Below, one piece after another: positions 1 to 13,868 of a stretch of 64,000 nucleotides of DNA (position 1 is its first letter; each line of letters opens with the position of its first letter). Source of the DNA: Octopus vulgaris (taxonomy: Eukaryota); the NCBI GenBank assembly GCA_951406725.2, contig OX597823.1, positions 83,762,001-83,826,000 of the forward strand, given 5' to 3'. The position numbers and the translations under genes were made by a program. A model generated the notes under the pieces. That model worked only from the letters and a program-made list of their open reading frames with translations, did not search any database and was not told the DNA's origin.

Positions 1-222
1 TCTTCATAAGAATTTATCAAGAAGTCAGCGTGAAACACTTCAAGAGAAAACATCCACCAATTATTTCACTTAAATATATTTATCTATATTATATAGAGGG
101 CACTATTACATATAGATGCCACACGCTAGGAAGGGACTCTTAAAGTCAAAACTATTAAAATAAATAAACATATCCTACCGAATGCAACTCTCGAAGCATG
201 ACATTTAAAAACAGAATTCAGC

Positions 223-283
223 TGCATATCACCTGTGATTTCGTAATCAATGCAGTGGTGTGTACTCTTTGCGCATCAGTGCA
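223..283 (-). ncRNA. Type I hammerhead ribozyme motif, A9>C variant
   Basis: Minus strand: tgca CTGATGC gcaa...ttac GAAA tcac-ag-gtga TA tgca. Stems I and III are complete; the core has one mutation relative to the 939-945 copy. Confidence 0.7.
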
Positions 284-934
284 AGCATAATTCAAGATTT
301 ACCAGACGAACAACCATCGTATCCAACGTAGTATTAGGAAATCTTATACATCTATGTAAATGGCGGGCTTTTTCGAATTGCATTTCGGTAACAGCGTGCT
401 TATTCGGAATAAAAATTCAGTATTGAATATACTCCGGTTAAATTTACAATTTAAAAATAGAATAAAATCTACGAAATCACAGATGATATGCAGCTGAATT
501 CTGTTTTTAAATGACTTGCTTCGAGAGTTGCATTTGGCACGATATGTTTATTTATTTTAGTAGTTTTGACTTTAAGAGTCCCTCTTAGCATGTGGCATTT
601 ATGTGTAATTAATGCCCTCTATATAATATAATTAAATGTATCTAAGTGAAAAAATTGGTGGATTTTTTTTCTCTTATGAGGCTTTTCACGCTGACTACTT
701 GATAAATTGTTATGAAGATTTTGTCCTATTTTTAAATTGTAAATTTAACCGGAGTATATTCAATACTGAATTTTTATTCTGAATAAGCAGGTTGTTACCG
801 AAATGCAATTCGAAAAAGGCCGCCATTTACATAGATGTATAAGGGGTGAAGATTTCCAAATACTACGTTGGATATGATGGTTGTTCGTCTGGTATGTTGA
901 TTTTGTTCATTCATTATAAATCTTGAATTATTCT

Positions 935-985
935 TGCACTGATGAGTAAAGAGTGTACACCACTGCACTGATCCCGAAATACGCA
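935..985 (+). ncRNA. Type I hammerhead ribozyme motif, stem III deleted
   Basis: tgca CTGATGA gtaa...GAAA TA cgca; paralog of 223-283 and of the half-copy at 471-492. Confidence 0.6.
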
Positions 986-1599
986 GCTGAATTCTGTTTT
1001 TAAATGTCATGCTTCGAGAGTTGCAATCGGTACGATATGTTTATTTAAGTAGTTTTGAATTTAAGAGTCCCTCCTAGCGTGAGCTGCTTCAATTTTCATG
1101 ATAACTTGTAGGTTTAATAAAATAAAGTAAAGTAAAATAAGATCCAATAAGGGAGAATACAAAAGGGGTAATAGGGAAAAATCGGATATTTACAAGCAAG
1201 TAGTAAAAGGAAAAAATAACAGTAAAAATAATAGTGAGAGAGACGAAAGTGAAAAAAAGACAGACATATCAATGTGTATGCACCTCTATATGTGCAGTAA
1301 ACTACAACATAAAAATAAGAATAAAAATCTAACGGATATGTTTAATAAAATGGTAACTGGTCGAGACGAAATATAATGTAAACAGGGCCACGTGTTTATA
1401 GTAGAATATAACGTAACGGATGAACTAACAGAAAAGAACCAAAGAGAGTTATATATATATGTAATAATAATATTGGAAAACAAATATAAATATATATATA
1501 TATTAATGGCGGTGCCCCAGCATGGCCACAGCTCGTGAGCTGAAAAATATATATGTAAGTAAAAATATGTATAACGGGCGAACGAACAAGCAGATTATA

Positions 1600-1643
1600 A
1601 TACATACATACTTACATACATTCATATACATATACATACATAC

Positions 1644-1702
<59 letters not shown>

Positions 1703-2061
1703 CATAAATACATATATATATGCATACACACACACACACATATATATATATATGTATATACATACATATATATATATATACACAAACATACATACGTACA
1801 TACATACATATACATACATATATATATATATACTTATATACATACATAAGTATATATATATAAGTACATATGTATACATACATATATATACACACACATA
1901 TATATGTACATACATACATACATACATATATATATATGCATGCATACATACATACATGTATATACATATACATACACATATATATATATACACAAACATA
2001 CATACATATAGATGCACGCATACATATATAATGTATATATATATATACATATATATATATA

Positions 2062-2106
<45 letters not shown>

Positions 2107-2120
2107 GCACACACCCACAC
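1600..2120. repeat. Compound (TA)n/(CA)n/(TACA)n microsatellite
   Basis: Direct inspection. Confidence 0.95.
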
Positions 2121-2984
2121 ATAGAGGGATGGTGATGCAAACAAGAAAAATAGAACTCCAATTATGAGTGTATCTATATTTTTTAGTAATATCTAACAGA
2201 AGCAACAAAGTGACCCACAGGCCGGAAGTTTCGTGCGTTGCGACCTATATATTCACGCGCCTGTGTGTGTGTGTGTGTGTGTGTAAGGAATTACTTTATT
2301 TCCTCCTACACACGAGTAAGTTAGCCTTATTCTATTTCTAGATGTGATTTATTTTTCATTTGTGTCTTCTTTACGAAACTTAATTATTTTCTCATTTTGT
2401 TGCCCCGCTGTCTTCTTATCGAACATTGTCAATTGTAATTTGGAAAGCTTTCGCCAGAAAGAACTCTCAAAATATGTGTCTATCTAATTAGGATTGTTTA
2501 GATAATAAACCCGTTTGTTCCCTGCGGCTATAATGAAATGGAAATATAGATATTTTGTCTAAGTCAGCATATTAAAATAGAAAATCTCTAAGATACAGCA
2601 ACATAATTATCAAATACATATCTATGAATATAGTCACTGAAACACATAGACGTATATGTTCTAAGCATTTACAGATATGCATAATTACACGAGTATTTGC
2701 ATATGAGACTCTGTGTGTGTGTTTCTGTGTGTCTGTGTGCGAGTGTGTCTCTGTGTGCATGTGAGTATGTATATAAGTGTCAATGTATTCTGTAATACTT
2801 ACTCAAACACTGCACGTGCTCGCACACATCAATATATCCACAGACACACACGCACGCCCACACATAAACACGCATACACAAATGTATATGTATGTATATG
2901 TAAATGGTATATGAAAGCGGCATCCAATCATGGGCTCAGTCCAATGACTAAAACTTATGACCAAATATACACGCACACACGTAC

Positions 2985-2993
2985 ACACACATG

Positions 2994-3026
<33 letters not shown>

Positions 3027-3225
3027 GTTTATATATTTATATGTATATATATGTGTATATATATATATAACTATGTATATAATAATGTACATATATGTAT
3101 ATATATGTATATATAAATATATGTACATATATATATATGTATATACACATGTATATAAACATGTATATACATATATATATATATATATGTATATATATGT
3201 ATATATATATGTATATATATATGTA

Positions 3226-3259
<34 letters not shown>

Positions 3260-3294
3260 TATTGTATATATATATTTATATACATATGTGTGTA

Positions 3295-3327
<33 letters not shown>

Positions 3328-3356
3328 GTAAATAAATATATATATATATGTATGTA
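2985..3356. repeat. Compound (TA)n/(TG)n microsatellite
   Basis: Direct inspection. Confidence 0.95.
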
Positions 3357-3740
3357 TTATAGCATTCCACTAAATATATACACGCATGAAGACTCGTGTA
3401 CACACGATGCACACACACTCACTCACAGATATAGCTAAATAAATTTTTTGTTCAGTTGTGTTGTGATTGTTGTTGTTTTTATATATATATTTCCTCTCGT
3501 TGTCATAGCAATTGCAATTAAACGTAATTAACAGCTTTATTATTAATGGTTAATCTCAAATTCTATGAGTTTCATTATTTAGCGTATAAGATTGTCTTCT
3601 GTCTCTATAGCAACGTAGAACGTCTGAATGCGTCGCTCTATTATACAAATTTCGCTGAACAATATATAGCCTCGTATGAATTTGTGTATACTATAGATAA
3701 TTATAAGCTACTTCTCTGTTGGCAGGAAATATCAAATAAT

Positions 3741-3779
3741 CTCTGACGAGGTATTAATATATAATCTGAAACTAGTCAC
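3741..3779 (+). ncRNA. Minimal hammerhead core
   Basis: CTGACGA gg(t)atta-atata-taatct GAAA C-TA-GTC, with palindromic stem III ACTAGT and a GUC site. Stem I pairs only 1 bp. Confidence 0.5.
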
Positions 3780-3974
3780 TGCGATGAATCTTATTGGCCA
3801 CAGGGTGAGAACCCTGTAGTTTTAGCACTGTGTGTACTTTTGACAGTGAGCTTAAATGGAAATGCGAAGTTAATTCTGCATTTCAGCTTCTTCATGTCGT
3901 ACAGTATTACTTCTGAATATGAATTTGGATACCTGCATTTCATATGTATGTATTATTATAAATATATGTGTGTG

Positions 3975-4009
<35 letters not shown>

Positions 4010-4262
4010 GTGTCTATGTATATGTGTATTTATATGCCCGATGTGCATAATGCCAGTAGGTACATATGTGTATATTAAAAGCAAATTATGTATCAGCGGT
4101 TCTTCTCGAGTCATAGTCTCATAAAGCGAGTTTCCTGATTTGTGTGTCGCATATATTTTCCTTCCTGCATGGGACACCGGTCTGTCGCAGGAATACATAC
4201 ATACACACATGCATACTCACGCACATACATACGTGTATATATTGATATATATATATTTATGT

Positions 4263-4301
<39 letters not shown>

Positions 4302-4307
4302 CACATA

Positions 4308-4460
4308 GGAGTAGCTATATGGTAAGAAACTTGCTTCCCAACCACATGGTTCCAGGGTCAGACTCACCGCGTGGTACCTTGGGCAAGTGTCATCTACTAT
4401 AACCTCGGGCCGACCAAAGTTTTGTGAGTGGATTTGTAGTCGAAAACTGAAAGAAGCCCA

Positions 4461-4462
<2 letters not shown>
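4308..4462 (+). mobile_element. SINE family D (tRNA-like head, CORE-like ccttgggcaagtg), 5' part
   Basis: Matches the fuller copy at 44627-45055. Confidence 0.8.
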
Positions 4463-4537
<75 letters not shown>

Positions 4538-4778
4538 CCAATATATACATAGTTAATCCAAACATGAACAAAGAGAAAACACGACAACGCGAGAACGTGG
4601 AACAAATATAGTGTTATTGGAATTGTGATGAACCATAACGTTGGACCCTTTCATAAGAACACTTGGAGTTATTCATTAATCTGTGTGCCAACAGAGAGCT
4701 TATGAAGTATTTTGCTTGAATTGCTAATGCCTCACTATTGACTCTAGCATATATGTATATAGGTGTATATATATATAC

Positions 4779-4826
<48 letters not shown>

Positions 4827-4830
<4 letters not shown>

Positions 4831-4862
4831 AAATGAAGAAAATGCATTTTCTTCATTTCCTT
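4827..4862. repeat. Perfect 36-bp palindrome next to (TA)n
   Basis: aaggaaatgaagaaaatg|cattttcttcatttcctt. Confidence 0.95.
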
Positions 4863-4975
4863 TTTATATATCACAACTCGTGTTCCACATCTCCTTTTTT
4901 AAATATATATATATATACATATAAATACGTACATACATACTTATGTATGTATATATAGCATGCATAAATGCATGC

Positions 4976-5013
<38 letters not shown>

Positions 5014-5018
<5 letters not shown>

Positions 5019-5323
5019 CGTGATCAACGTGACCGACCAGGCTATCAGATGTTGCTATACACCGCTGCTCACAATGCGCTTCGCATTGTTTGAGCCTTCA
5101 AACGACGCCACCCCGCTGGCTAAGCGAGCAGGCCAACAGAAGAAAGAGTGAAAGTTGTGGCGAAAGAGTACAGCAGGGATCGCCAACCGCCCTCTGCCGG
5201 AGCGTCGTGGATCTTTAGGTGTTTTCGCTCAATAAACACTCAGAACGCCCGCTCTGGGAATCGAAACTGCGATCCTACGACCGCGAGTCCGCTGCCCTAA
5301 CCCCTGGGCCATTGCGCCTCCAC
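5014..5323 (-). mobile_element. tRNA-derived SINE, head B + tail X
   Basis: A/B-box-like head (tggcccaggggttaggg...gtttcgattcc). Second copy at 31774-32050; head shared with 49657. Confidence 0.85.
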
Positions 5324-5337
5324 AGTGTAGCATATGG

Positions 5338-5415
5338 GGCGTCTTCAATGATAGCTTTGGGCGACCAAAGATTCTGAGTGGATTTGGTGGACGGAAACTG
5401 AAAGAATCCCGTCAA

Positions 5416-5487
<72 letters not shown>

Positions 5488-5750
5488 TATATGTGTGTGT
5501 GTGTGTGTGTGTGCGTGTGTGTATGTTTGTTTGTTTATGTGTGTGTCTGTGTGTGTGACTTTGAGTCCGTGTTTGTCCCCATCGTCGCTGGACAATCGGT
5601 GTTGGTGTGTTTACGTTTCCATAACTTAGCAGTTCGAAAAAAAGAGTCCGATAGAAGAATACAAGTACTGGGGTCGATTCTTTCGAATAAAATTCTTCAA
5701 GGTTTTGCCCCAGTATGAACACAGTCTAACAACTGAAACAAATGAAGATA
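5338..5750 (+). mobile_element. SINE family D, 5'-truncated, with internal microsatellite
   Basis: gtcttc...gagtggatttgg...(TA)n(TG)n...acttagcagttcg...actgaaacaa, colinear with 44627-45055. Confidence 0.8.
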
Positions 5751-5874
5751 CATATATGCGTTTGTGTACTTGTGTGTGTCTGTGTCTGTGTACGTGTATG
5801 CGAGCGTGTGTGTGTGCGTGTGTGTTTGTGTTTATGATTCTTAGTATCTACAACATTGTCTTTCGCCAGTATCA

Positions 5875-5916
<42 letters not shown>

Positions 5917-6220
5917 TATCGTTTTAAGCTACTACTTCGATTCCATTGTACAAATCGATATTTCACTTAATTTCTGTTGTCATCTTCTCTTCGTTTTCAA
6001 TATAACCTAGTTATCTAAAACACACATTTCTCATACAACTATACAGTAAGCCAAAGTTTAGTACAATTTCAAACGAGACATTTAATAAAACTGAAACAAT
6101 ATTGAACAAAAAGTTACTGCTGCGTTTATAAATATTTCATATTAAAGTAAAAACAGACAGAAGATATATTTTAATTAAGTAAGTATCTGAGCTGTTGATT
6201 TGTGAATGTTTAACGTATAT

Positions 6221-6870
6221 CGTTTTCTTTGTTTCGTTGATTGGACTGCGGCCAAGATCGAGTACCTCTATCAATGGTTTAGTCGAATAAGGTGGCGAGC
6301 TGGCAGAGACGTTAGGATGCCTGGCGAAATGCGTAGCCGTATTTCCTCAGCCGTTACGTTCTGAGTTCAAATTCTGCCGAGGTCGACTTTGCCTTTCATC
6401 CTTTCGGGGTCGATAAATTAAGTACCAGTTACGCACTGGGGTCGATGTAATCGACTTAATCCGTTTGTCTGTCCTTGTCCGTCCTCTCTGTGTTTAGCCC
6501 CTTGTGGGTAGTAAAGAAATAGGTATTTCCTCTGCCGTTACGTTCTGAGTTCAAATTCCGCCGTGATCGACTTGCCTTTCATCCTTTCGGGGTCGATAAA
6601 TTAAGTACCAGTTACGCACTGGTGTTGATGTAATCGACTTAATCCGTTTGTCTGTCCTTGTTTGTCTCCTCTGTGTTTAGCCCCTTGTGTGGGCAATAAA
6701 GAAATAGGTTTAGTCGAATAAATCAGCCTCAGAACTAACGTTTTGCTTTTTAAGCCTGATAATTATTCTACGAGTTTGTTTTTTGTCGAACCGTTCGGTT
6801 ATGAGGATGTAAACAAACCAACACTGGTTGTCAAGTGGCGGTGGTGCGTGTAAACACAATACAAATACAC
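6221..6870 (-). mobile_element. SINE family D 3' part, host of a nested family A insertion
   Basis: Reverse complement of the D tail resumes on both sides of 6291-6706. Confidence 0.7.
6291..6706 (+). mobile_element. SINE family A (MetaSINE-like central domain), dimeric
   Basis: 15-bp TSD ggtttagtcgaataa at 6276-6290 and 6707-6721; body repeated twice. Confidence 0.9.
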
Positions 6871-8140
6871 ACGCGCACACACGTATATATACATATATGT
6901 ATAAATATTGTGTATGTGAGTGTGTGTGTGTGTGCGTATATATATAGCTGGTGTCCCAGTATGATCTCAATTTAATGATTGAAACAAGTAAAAAATGAAA
7001 GATATATATATACACATTATACACACACACACATATATATATATATATACATTTATGTTTATATAGTGAGTGAGAGAGAGAAAGAGAGAGATGTGCATTA
7101 ATGTATGTATATGAGTGTGTGTGTGTATATATATAATATAGATAGATACATTCATCCATCTATCCATTCATCCAGCCAGCCAGCCATAGATACATGCATA
7201 CATACATACATACGTAAATAGAAGTATTGGTAGATAGAATGATAGCCGGATAAATATTCTTCACACGAGACGTATACAATTTCACAGAAATATTTTAAAA
7301 TTATTCTCCTTCCGAACCTGCAAAAAGAAAAAAAAACCCTTATCTCAGTATTTCATTAGTAATGTAAATACACGTGATGTCACGTCAAGAAGCCTTTTCT
7401 TGCAAAGATATTTTTGCCTTCAATCCATTTTCATAAGTATGACAAACTCAAGTAAAAAAATTAATATTTGGCAAATATTGGCGAAAAGTATTTTTAAGAA
7501 TCAAAACGACGTATTAAAGCAATACTTTGAAGTGAAGTAGATATTTTTTTCCTTTTAAGTAAATAATATATTTCTAAATATGGAGTTAATGTTTATTTGT
7601 AAGGAAGACATGAAAAGAAAAAAAAATTGCAATCCTCTAACCATAAATGAGTTTCGAGGTTTGATGTACGTTTATATTTCTGCATGGTGATATTTTTTTT
7701 CTGCCAATTAAACACACGCACAATATGTTCGTTCTTCATTTCAGATTTACTTTATTTCTGTTCTTATTTTATGTCTAAAGCCTGGAAATATTTCATCACA
7801 CATCTTGTGACCTCTTCAGCGACTCTCTATCCGCGTGTCTCCAGTCCAATAATAAAATATTGCGTGTGTTTACTTGGCAAAGAAAACTATCATCCCGAAT
7901 TATATAAATATCTGTTTCAATGCACGATTTCACATCAGGTATCTTGGAAAACAAATACATAAATATATAGCTTTCTATAGAAAGACAGAATGGAATAAAG
8001 AGGACAGTAGGAGACACGTGGGATGGAAAGTCACTGAGGAGGCCACAGGATGTGTGAAGAAAGCTGTCCAAAGTATGGACATAAAATATTTATTTGGCAA
8101 GAAAATAATGACCATCCCGAAATATAACAATATATATATA

Positions 8141-8177
<37 letters not shown>

Positions 8178-8724
8178 TTGTGTGTGTGTGTATATGTGGG
8201 TGTGTGTGTGCGTGCTTGTGTGTGGGTGTATGTGTGTATGTTAGTATGTGTGTGTTAGAGTGTATGTGTGAAACAGTTTGGCTCAGCTCTACATCGTTTC
8301 AAGTTTCGTGCGTGCGTAAGGCGTGTCAAAATCTTTAGATATTGGGACTAAAGTGAGTATGTTCAGAGAAATTCAAAATGTTCTTTTTAAGTATTTAGGC
8401 CACTATTGGTCAGCTGAGATTATGTGGAACTAATGCGACACAAGCTACTTTCTTTTCTTTTAGGAGTAATTGGACAGCTATTGGGAGAGTACTGACGTCA
8501 CTTTGACCGGAGGCTGCAGCATAGTGTCTTCGGTGACTATACCATAACATACATATAAAGACCATAAGATTAAGAATTATTCGTTTGACCCATTTGCTTG
8601 TTTCAGTCTGTTACTTATTGTTACTGTTTCTGTTGCAGGGGCCCTAAGTTACGAGGATGTAAACAAATCAATACTTGAAGTCAAGCATAAGTGGGAATAA
8701 CAAATAAAATCACAAATGCACATA

Positions 8725-8880
8725 TGCTGCGTGGTAAGAAGCTTGCTTCCCAACCACATGGTTCTGGGTTTAGTCCCACTGCATTAGACCTTTCAGAAAG
8801 TGCCTTCTGTTATAGCCTCGGGTCGACCAAAGCTTTGTGAGTGGATTTGGTAAGCGGCAACTGAGAGAAGCCTGTCATAT
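8725..8880 (+). mobile_element. SINE family D, 5' part
   Basis: gtggtaagaagcttgcttcccaaccacatggtt... Confidence 0.8.
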
Positions 8881-9168
8881 GTATATACGACTGTATATAT
8901 GTATATACGAGTGTATATATCAAGAGTGTTGTGGCGAAGTTTCATTCGATCGATATTCAATAATTGGTCTGATTATTGTTTACCGTTTTTTTGTTTGTGA
9001 ATAGCTTCCAACTCTTCTTCATAGTCCACATTCTTCCAAATAATAGTAATTACAAACTTTATGAAGCTATTTCTGAAACCCTCAGCTTATAATAAAAGCT
9101 AATATACCACATTCCGTATTCAGAGACCATCATTTCCACTACTTGTTCGTTATTCTATTCATGTACAT

Positions 9169-9236
<68 letters not shown>

Positions 9237-9413
9237 ACACACTTGTATAAATATATGTAAGTACACACATAAATGCTTACACGCATGCATATGCACATAT
9301 ACGTACAAAATATAAACAGATGTGTATAAACATATACATACACATATAAACATACATAGATACATAGATACATACCAACGTAGAAATATATATATGTATG
9401 TATATATATATAT

Positions 9414-9748
9414 CTTTGACCCCCTTCGGTCATGAATGACCATGGGATTGCACCTAGAAAGTTACCCTCCTAGACACAAGTCTGGGCAAGGTTGTTTTTA
9501 TGGAAGGCCAGCAGTCGCCCATGCATACCAGCCTCCCCTCTCCACGCCACCAGTGTTATCCAAGGGAAAGACAAAGGTCGATACAGCTTGGCACCAGTGA
9601 CGTCGCAACTCATTTCTACAGCTGAGTGAACTGGAGCAACGTGAAATAAAGTGCCTTGCTCGAGAACACAACACGCAGCCCGGTCCGGGATTCGAGCTCA
9701 CAACCTCACGATCGTAAGCTCGACGCTCTAACCACTGAGCCATGCGCC

Positions 9749-9751
<3 letters not shown>
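9414..9751 (-). mobile_element. tRNA-derived SINE, head C + tail Z, inserted in (TA)n
   Basis: Minus strand: ggcgcatggctcagtggttagagc (A box), ctcgaatcc (B box), CORE-like gagcaaggcacttt. Confidence 0.85.
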
Positions 9752-9801
<50 letters not shown>

Positions 9802-9899
9802 TGTACACATATACACACATTCGTGTATGTATGTGTACTTATACGGATACACTCATCCACAAACACGCACACACGAATGTGTGTATATGTGTACATATA

Positions 9900-9974
<75 letters not shown>

Positions 9975-11374
9975 TTGTTGAAATCAAATGTAACAGTTTA
10001 AGTCCCTTAAAGATAATTGTCGAAAAAATATGTAAGATAGTACGCGTGAAGTAATAAAGAAAAAAGATGAAAGCGGCTTAAAAAATATTATAAGTAGTGT
10101 AAAGAATGTAAAATAAAAAAATAAAATGTAAAGTGGAGGTGTATTTAGTTGAAAGTCTTCCGTATTAAAGTACGACGAAAGTTGAATATTGTATCTGTGG
10201 GGAAAAATAAGATAACCCAGTATAGGGAAAGGAAAACCTAAAAGGAAGGAAAACGTACGAGGTTAAATAGTAGTGTGTAAAAAATAAATGTGCTAAGAAC
10301 GAAAGTACGTTAAATATCACTGGAAATAACCCAAAAACTATTTACAGTTCATGAAAAAAATTTTTTTAAAGTTTAAAAGAAGTGTAAAAATAAATTGAGA
10401 TAAATTCTGATACTAACTGTACTGCCTTCCAATTTCAAGATATAAATCTAAAATTAAGAATTAGATTATATAAAACGGAAAAATTATGAAGAAAGTAAAA
10501 AAGCTTCAAGTTAATGAGGTAACTAGTGTTAAAATGACAGGAATTGGGAGTATGCTTGTAGGTAATAGAGCGTTAGGTTTTGAAGTACTTGGTATAAAGA
10601 GCATGCATTTGAAGATCAGTCGATTTAAGTATCATTAGCGGTTCACTTCAATGATATGAAATAGAGTAGACGTAATATAGAAGGATAAAAGGCTGTAAAA
10701 GATCTGTGGTTACAAAGAGGTATCAGATGATAGTAATTGGTGATCTACACAAATAGAAATAGTTAATACGACAAAAGAAGACTAAATTATTAAGTAAGGA
10801 GACTAAGATTATATTATTGACAACAAATCTTAATCAAGAGGAATAGTGATAAATGAAAAGATATAGAAATTAATGAGTTTAGATATTCAGAAAGAATTCA
10901 AAATGATGAAAGTAACAATCAGTGATCAAATTTCCGATAATGATAGACTATAGAATAGAAATGTTGGTGGGTTTTAAAGATTTTATGGTTACCAAAAATT
11001 AATGCTTCAAGATCTCTCTTAATTAGGGAGTTCTAAAACGAAAATAATTTCAAATACTTCCATCGTACAAAGGATGGAAGGTATGCGATTGCTCAACTAA
11101 TGATTAGCTTTTGCAGTGAATACACGATTAATGTAAAAAGTTTTAATATTCCATTTTTAGATTCCATATTTATGTGCTTAAAGATATGTAATCTCACATC
11201 TAGAAGAGTATATGAGAGTGTACAGATGTCGATCATGCAGAATTTTAAAGCGATAGGCTTTTTATGAATTTGAGAGTTTGTATATGACATTTGTATTTCA
11301 TACCATCAGTTAAGTAGTTGGAATTCAAAAGGCCCGGCAACAGATTAAGTACAATTGCAATGTTATTTTGCTAC

Positions 11375-11463
<89 letters not shown>

Positions 11464-11755
11464 CATATGTAGTTATATACGTATGTGTGTATCTCTCTCT
11501 CCCTCTCCCCCTCTCTCTCTCTCTGTATATATATATATATATATATATATACAAAATTAGAAAATGGAGAAACATAGTTAAATCAATCAAACATCAACCA
11601 ATAGATGATACCCAATCAATACTTTATTACACCATTACATAACAGTAAAGGCATTATACAAAATATATTGTAAATATAATTAGACAAGGAAATAGAAATA
11701 TAAAATATAAAAGCTAATATAATGGTGGGTTGAATTTTCAACCCCTATCTCATTT

Positions 11756-11804
<49 letters not shown>

Positions 11805-12126
11805 TTACATTAGTTCCATTAGGCTAGAAAATGCATAAGTTTTGGTGAAATAGGGTCTAGTGAAATACGAGATGTTTATAATGCTCTCATACTCTCAATG
11901 AAACATTTATCAGTCTAGCTAATTACCTACCTACATACATACACACATGTATATATATATATACATATATACATACATACATTATATATATATATACATG
12001 CATATATATATATGTATATACATAATACACAAACACACACACACACATATATATAACTACATATATGTATATAAATAAAAAAATATATATAAATATACAG
12101 AAGTATATGTATATATATGTATATAA

Positions 12127-12163
<37 letters not shown>

Positions 12164-12252
12164 TACATATATATATATATATATATGTATGTAAGTATAT
12201 TTGTATATATACATATATATATATATATACACACACATACATATATATACAT

Positions 12253-12319
<67 letters not shown>

Positions 12320-12320
12320 T
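11375..12320. repeat. Cluster of (TA)n/(CT)n/(CA)n microsatellites with short AT-rich spacers
   Basis: Direct inspection. Confidence 0.85.
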
Positions 12321-12623
12321 GCGGAACGCATTCTTGAGTTGATTGTTGACCAATATAAAATGACATTTTCTATTAGATCTTAAGTAAGTTCAACATATGA
12401 CATTCGTGAAGGGAAACGATTGAATGATATAGAAAAAGCATTATTTACGAAACTCTCGACATGAAGTGAACCGAAATTTGATGTCCCCGACTGTCAGTCT
12501 TTTCCTTGTAAAAATGAATGCACACGGTAGTCGACTGAACAGTGTTGAGTAATCCTACAATTTACTGTTCAAGCGTGGTTCGCATAAAAACATGCATTAA
12601 TACATACATACATGCACACACAC

Positions 12624-12718
<95 letters not shown>

Positions 12719-13734
12719 GTGCTATTTTTGTTGTGGCCGTTAAGTGCATGAATCATGACAGATAACTTGCGCTCTCTGATGTCACCTGGTTTCTTTTATG
12801 GTTGGTTTCTTTCTTGTTCCTGTCATCAGGCTGCGGTCATGCTGGGGCACCATCTTTAAGTGGTGGCAGTGGTGTATAATCACGTGCACAAAGACACACA
12901 CCCACACACCCATCCACACACACACAGACATACACACACACATATTTATAAATTGAGGATATAAAAAATTGATCCGCACACACACACACACACACACATA
13001 CACACACACACATATTTATAAATTGAGGATATAAAAAAATGATTATATCAGTGGCTAGCGTAGAAAAAGTGACCCTATCGGTAAAATTAATTTTAAGCAT
13101 ATAATTAAGGGCACTGGAATGCCAGCACCTATAAGCTAGAAGTAGATGTCAAATATTTACGATTCCTATAAAAAGAGAACGAATTTAGAATGCATTGTAG
13201 GTATTTGATATCTACTTCTAGCGACCTTAATTATAATTATATTTTTGTAATTATATACTTAAAAAATTATATGCATTCGGACAGATACAAAGCCGGACAG
13301 GAGAAGCAACAATTAGGACAGGGGAGAAAAAGGACGGGTCATTCGCGGCCTTCTTCCTTCGATCAATATACCAGATGTCCTTATAGTTTCGGGCAGTTAC
13401 ACATGAGACAGTTCGATGTGGTTGCCCGCCAAAAAGTCTAAGCTAAGATCATTAGGTTTCTTGTAAGAAAGCTAGCAAATGTATTCGGCAACAAAGACAA
13501 AAAACGGAGAACATGTTACACAATTACAAATACAAACACCAAGAATATAACAAACAGGTGTCTTTCGACTGAGAACGAATACAATTGAGCTGGCGTGTAT
13601 GAAGAAAAAGCCTAAAAGCAGGAACATAGAAGATGGAAATAAATGGTGTTGGCGGTCGGCAGTCGGGCCAAGATAGAAAGATCATGGTTGGCCGGACACC
13701 GGTCACGTGGGAAGAGGAGAGATGGGTGGGCTCC

Positions 13735-13868
13735 TTTTGGATTCTGTCATAAGGCTTTGGTCGGTCTGAGGCTATAGTAGAAGACAATCTCCCAAGGTAC
13801 CACGCAGTGGGACTGAACCCGGAACCATGCGGTTGGTAAGCATGCTACTTACCACATAGCCACTCCTG
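13735..13868 (-). mobile_element. SINE family D, 5' part
   Basis: Reverse complement of ggagtggctatgtggtaagtagc...gggttcagtcccactgcgtgg. Confidence 0.8.

Larger units (their letters stand above)
1..1081. repeat. ~470-490 bp tandem monomer in inverted plus partial-tandem arrangement (Penelope pLTR / retrozyme-like)
   Basis: 471-718 is the reverse complement of 1-244, 716-975 of ~245-470, and ~982-1081 of ~122-226. The monomer junction aaaatct/tcttcataag shows head-to-tail periodicity. Confidence 0.85.

Noticed and set aside
8464-8532. Apparent exon after a strong acceptor (tttcttttcttttag)
   Set aside because: All three frames contain stops.
12405-12480. REGKRLNDIEKAL resembling a Tc3 transposase N-terminus
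   Set aside because: Too short, with no TIR or downstream motifs.
12930-13045. ~62-bp direct duplication flanked by (CA)n
   Set aside because: Ordinary slippage or assembly stutter.
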